Of a stretch of 38,771 nucleotides of DNA, positions 34,738 through 38,771 are shown piece after piece. Where the stretch lies: contig NC_068988.1 of the NCBI RefSeq assembly GCF_001194135.2, positions 78,623,309 through 78,662,079 of the forward strand, given 5' to 3'. The DNA comes from Octopus bimaculoides (taxonomy: Eukaryota). Under the pieces are notes generated by a model, which was given only the letters and a program-made list of their open reading frames with translations, was not told the origin of the DNA and did no database searches. Each line of letters begins with the position of its first letter. The first letter of the stretch is position 1. The position numbers and the translations under genes are program-made.

Positions 34738-35890
34738 ATGCCTAAAACAAAGGAGTTGAGTGAGCGTGAGCGAGGTCAGATCGTAGCTCATCATGAAGCT
34801 GGAATGTCTCAAAGGCAAATTTCTCTAAAGACGAAATGTTCTCGATGTGCGGTGCAAACGACTCTCAGGCACTTCAGAAATGCAAAAAATGTGAAGACGA
34901 TACAAAGAACAGGTAGAAAAAGGGTTGCATCACCTTGTGATGACAAATCCATCATCCGTCAGTCGCTCAGAAACAGGAGAAAAACATCATCGGACCTCTG
35001 TGCGGACTTCAACGAGGCAAGTACTTCACAAATATCAACCAGAAATGTTAGAAGAAAGCTTGTAGAGTACGGTTTGAAAGGCTTTAAAGCCAGGAAGAAG
35101 CCTTGGGTTTCTGAAGCGAATATGGAAAAACGTCTTCAGTGGGCCAAAAACCACTCAAATTGGACCAGTGAGCAATGGTCGAAAGTCATATGGTCTGATG
35201 AAAGTAACTATGAGGTAAGATAGTACATGTATTCAATGAACATATAAACTTAATGTAACTGGTTTGTTGCCCAAAATATATTAAAAAAAATATCCAGCAT
35301 AAAGCTAATATTATATTTCATGTTCTTACTTAGGATTTCGGTACATCTGATGTAACTTTCGTGCATCGCAGAGTTGGGGAAGCATTTAAGGCTGAATGTC
35401 TGGTACCAACTGTAAAACATGGGGGTGGTTCTATCATGGTGTGTGCCTGCATGTCTGCCACAGGACCTGGAGAAATGTTTTTATGTCAAGGAAGGATGAA
35501 TTCAGCTACTTATGTTCTTATGTTAGTAGATGTTTTAGAGCCAGCAATTGCTAAATTGCATCTAGGAGTGTCGACAAAACAGTGTTATCAACAGGACAAC
35601 GCTCTCTGTCATACAACAAAGAATACTCGTCAATGGTTTGAGACACAGGTTATAGTTCCCATGGACTGGCCAGCTCAAAGTCCCGATCTAAATCCGATCG
35701 AACACCTATGAGGAACTCTTGGTGAAGCTATCAGGAACACAATAATTAAAAATAAAGAGCATTTGTATCAAGAGTTGAGAGAAGAATGGAGTAAAATAGC
35801 TGCTAGCACCGGGGAGAAACTAGTTGATTTAATGCCTAGCCGTATAAAAGCGGTAATTGATGCTAAAGTAGGGTCACCAGATATTAAAAC
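34738..35890 (+). pseudogene. Two-exon Tc1 transposase (~344 aa reconstructed), nearly intact
   Basis: Exon 1 (34738-35214) MPKTKELSERERGQIV...WSDESNYE. Exon 2 from 35334: DFGTSDVTFVHRR...TVKHGGGS...QQDNALCH...WPAQSPDLNPIE (D34E). TGA at 35709-35711 (W to stop) and a 1-bp deletion near 35878. Confidence 0.93.
35215..35333 (+). other. Putative spliceosomal intron in the Tc1 transposase (119 nt, phase 0)
   Basis: GAG|GTAAGA donor, CTAAT branch-like motif at 35305-35309, pyrimidine-rich TTTCATGTTCTTACTTAG|G acceptor, very AT-rich. Removal restores the frame and Tc1 motif spacing. Confidence 0.85.
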
Positions 35891-36003
35891 TAATGCATAT
35901 TGTGAAATATTCCATAATCTACCATGTGCACTAGTTTCATTAACATTGAGATAGCAGAACCCCAAAACATTGGGGTGGCCAAATACTTTTGGTCAAGGCT
36001 GTA

Positions 36004-36024
36004 TATATATATATATATATATAT

Positions 36025-36066
<42 letters not shown>
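36004..36066. repeat. (TA)n(GATA)n microsatellite
   Basis: Directly visible, right of the Tc1 TSD. Confidence 0.95.
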
Positions 36067-36067
<1 letters not shown>

Positions 36068-36500
36068 TTAGCTGGTGTACCCGGTAATTCCCGGGGGTAA
36101 AGATGTTCTATTTAAATGCCTTATTAATCTGATATAAAAAAGCAATTTTGTTATAACTGCCACAAAAAAGGTGTATTTTCTATTGCGAAAAAGTATAAAA
36201 GACTGTCAGTTGGAGGAGGGAGAGATTGTCGGAGGTTGGCTAGAGAGGTTGTCGGAGGTTGGCGAGAGAGACTGTTGGAGGTGTTAGAGAGAGGCTTTCG
36301 GAGGTTGGCAAGAGAGGTTGTCGGAGGGAGTGGCATCTTTGTTCCAAAATTTCAGTCCTGCAGGGCTTCGTGATACACAATGTTTTTGGTTTCGCCGTTG
36401 GGTGTAAAGGTTAATAAATTTTTCGGATTTCCAACTCTAGAGCATCCGACATAGAGCTGTCCGTGAGAAAATCAGGATTGGGGCGCACTTATTAAATACG
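36067..36500. mobile_element. Unclassified non-autonomous repeat, possibly Helitron/DINE-1-like
   Basis: Starts TAGCTGGTGTA followed by a CCCGG-taattc-CCGGG hairpin; internal 23-bp minisatellite; ccaaaatttcag block. The classification is by resemblance only. Confidence 0.35.
36220..36329. repeat. 23-bp G-rich minisatellite, ~4.8 copies
   Basis: Consensus GAGAGGTTGTCGGAGGTTGGCNA; units start at 36220, 36243, 36266, 36289 and 36312. Confidence 0.9.
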
Positions 36501-36569
36501 TTCTGGAATCAAAAGTTTATCTGCTGTCATCGAGAAAGTTTAACTGGAAAAAGGCAGAATTATCAGAGA

Positions 36570-36990
36570 TAACGTCCAGTGTCGGTGGGCACTGGACGGA
36601 TGGTCCTGTTAAGTTGCTTGGAGTTTGGTTTGGACCAGATTCCCAGACGGAGAAGAATTGTAGTGAGGTGGCAGGCAGGGTGGAGGCCCTAGTCCGGATC
36701 TGGTCTGGATAGGCGCTGTCCTTGAAAGGGAGGGCGGAGGTGGTGCAGGTGTTTATTGCGTCTGTTATTACCTACCGTCTGACCGTTGTCCCTTGCCTTG
36801 ATTCGTGGCTATGGAAGTTGGTTCAACTTCCCTTCTGCTTTTTGTGGAGGGGAAAACTGTTTTTGAGGCGCTCCGTATGCTGCCAAGAACCACTAAAGGG
36901 TGGATTAGGGATGCCGTGGCTATTGATGTGCAGGCATGCATTGAGGCTAAGGCATCTCTGGATCTACCTGGATGGTGGCCAGGTACCATC
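36570..36990 (+). mobile_element. Tx1/L1-clade LINE ORF2 fragment (post-RT region)
   Basis: HWTDGPVKLLGVWFGPDSQTEKN...ALSLKGRAEVVQVFIASVITYRL...KGGLGMPWLLMCRHALRLRHLW; homologous to 11240-11340. Confidence 0.88.
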
Positions 36991-37174
36991 TCAAGAGCAA
37001 GATAGGGCTGGAGAGGAGACACTTGTCGCGAAGTATATATGAGAAAAGATTGAAGGATGTCGTGAGGAAGTTAGGAGTGATTGTCCCTACTTAGTTCCAC
37101 CCATGATTAAAGCAAGGTGTAGTCGCTGGCTTTCCGGCTATAGTTTGCAAAAAAAAAGTTTGTGAAAATTTTCA

Positions 37175-37217
<43 letters not shown>

Positions 37218-38411
37218 AATGTAAGGATTGGAGAAAANNNNNNNNNNNNNNNNNNNNNNNNNNNNNNNNNNNNNNNNNNNNNNNNNNNNNNNNNNNNNNN
37301 NNNNNNNNNNNNNNNNNNNNNNNNNNNNNNNNNNNNNNNNNNNNNNNNNNNNNNNNNNNNNNNNNNNNNNNNNNNNNNNNNNNNNNNNNNNNNNNNNNNN
37401 NNNNNNNNNNNNNNNNNNNNNNNNNNNNNNNNNNNNNNNNNNNNNNNNNNNNNNNNNNNNNNNNNNNNNNNNNNNNNNNNNNNNNNNNNNNNNNNNNNNN
37501 NNNNNNNNNNNNNNNNNNNNNNNNNNNNNNNNNNNNNNNNNNNNNNNNNNNNNNNNNNNNNNNNNNNNNNNNNNNNNNNNNNNNNNNNNNNNNNNNNNNN
37601 NNNNNNNNNNNNNNNNNNNNNNNNNNNNNNNNNNNNNNNNNNNNNNNNNNNNNNNNNNNNNNNNNNNNNNNNNNNNNNNNNNNNNNNNNNNNNNNNNNNN
37701 NNNNNNNNNNNNNNNNNNNNNNNNNNNNNNNNNNNNNNNNNNNNNNNNNNNNNNNNNNNNNNNNNNNNNNNNNNNNNNNNNNNNNNNNNNNNNNNNNNNN
37801 NNNNNNNNNNNNNNNNNNNNNNNNNNNNNNNNNNNNNNNNNNNNNNNNNNNNNNNNNNNNNNNNNNNNNNNNNNNNNNNNNNNNNNNNNNNNNNNNNNNN
37901 NNNNNNNNNNNNNNNNNNNNNNNNNNNNNNNNNNNNNNNNNNNNNNNNNNNNNNNNNNNNNNNNNNNNNNNNNNNNNNNNNNNNNNNNNNNNNNNNNNNN
38001 NNNNNNNNNNNNNNNNNNNNNNNNNNNNNNNNAACGTCACAGGAACAACGTCCTGTGTAATATGATATCATTTGAACGATAATACTTTAAAAGCAAAATA
38101 ATTTATTATTTACCTTCATATCTGATAAAATAAATAAAATTTATGAGAAGAAATTTGCAGTTTCATTGTGATTAAAATATCAGCGACTTCAGAAAAAAAC
38201 ATTTTAGTACAGTTCACCTGCATTTAGCGCATCTGACTATCGCTAACGCCCACTCCGTTTGTTCATTTTTTTCTACCAGTGTGACCGACGAGAACACATT
38301 GCACACTATTATATGTAAGATTTCCAATTTTCACACTACCAAAAGATTGTTGATATAATTAACACACACTCATACATGTATACATATATAAATACACACA
38401 CACACCCACAC

Positions 38412-38443
<32 letters not shown>

Positions 38444-38579
38444 ATGTATGTTCATGTGCGTATGTGTGTGTAATACTACATTTACATAATATGAAGCTAC
38501 TTGTTCTCTGAGGAGTCTACAGAGGTGAAATCAGCCACATCCGAAATATTTTCTTGCATTGGTGTACATATACCTATGC

Positions 38580-38721
38580 TCGCGTATCCACACATATACA
38601 AATGTACGTATGCATGCATGTATGTATGTATCCATCTATCTCTTTAATTATATATCTATCAGTCTATCTATCTAAAACATGATATATACATATACATACG
38701 CACGCACGCACGCACGCACGC

Positions 38722-38771
<50 letters not shown>
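38580..38771. repeat. Compound microsatellite ending in (CACG)n(CA)n
   Basis: Directly visible; runs to the window end. Confidence 0.9.

Larger units (their letters stand above)
34456..36001 (+). mobile_element. Full-length Tc1-like (DD34E) transposon, 1546 bp, ~160-bp TIRs
   Basis: 34456-34616 is the reverse complement of 35842-36001 (about 20 differences, ~88%); TA at 34454-34455 and 36002-36003; internal transposase. Confidence 0.97.
2640..38032. other. 14 assembly gaps (N runs)
   Basis: 2640-3233, 7690-7743, 8988-8997, 10283-10477, 13581-14074, 17984-18425, 19291-19521, 20578-20670, 23775-23957, 25559-26016, 28874-29640, 30419-30799, 33786-34117, 37238-38032. Most abut (TA)n or (CA)n arrays. 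Confidence 1.

Noticed and set aside
38038-38057. 7-bp hairpin CACAGGA-ACAACG-TCCTGTG
   Set aside because: Short, adjacent to a gap, no context to interpret.
2433-38082. Long ORFs in the track containing X runs, and poly-TH/YI/CV/DR ORFs
   Set aside because: Artefacts of N gaps and dinucleotide/tetranucleotide microsatellites.

Overview
Repeat-dominated, AT-rich eukaryotic DNA from a draft assembly. It has 14 N-gaps (about 5.0 kb, about 13%), most bordered by (TA)n/(CA)n arrays. The SINE families and microsatellite profile suggest a coleoid cephalopod, probably Octopus (inference from recall, not a database hit). No host gene can be supported. Transposon content: five Tc1/mariner-superfamily elements (two DD34D mariners, one DD37D maT, two Tc1-type of which one retains DD34E); five Penelope-like remnants (RT, GIY-YIG region or terminal pieces); two Tx1/L1-clade and one CR1/L2-like LINE fragments; and two tRNA-headed SINE families. 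Most notable: (1) a 1546-bp Tc1 with ~160-bp TIRs whose transposase is split by an in-frame 119-nt GT-AG intron and whose last codons are duplicated in the left TIR; (2) two minimal hammerhead-ribozyme-like motifs with palindromic stem III (7558-7594 plus, 34366-34405 minus); (3) an IR/DR-type Tc1 deletion derivative carrying a nested SINE with a 16-bp TSD; (4) two foldback/MITE-like hairpins. All alignments, translations and folds were done by eye.
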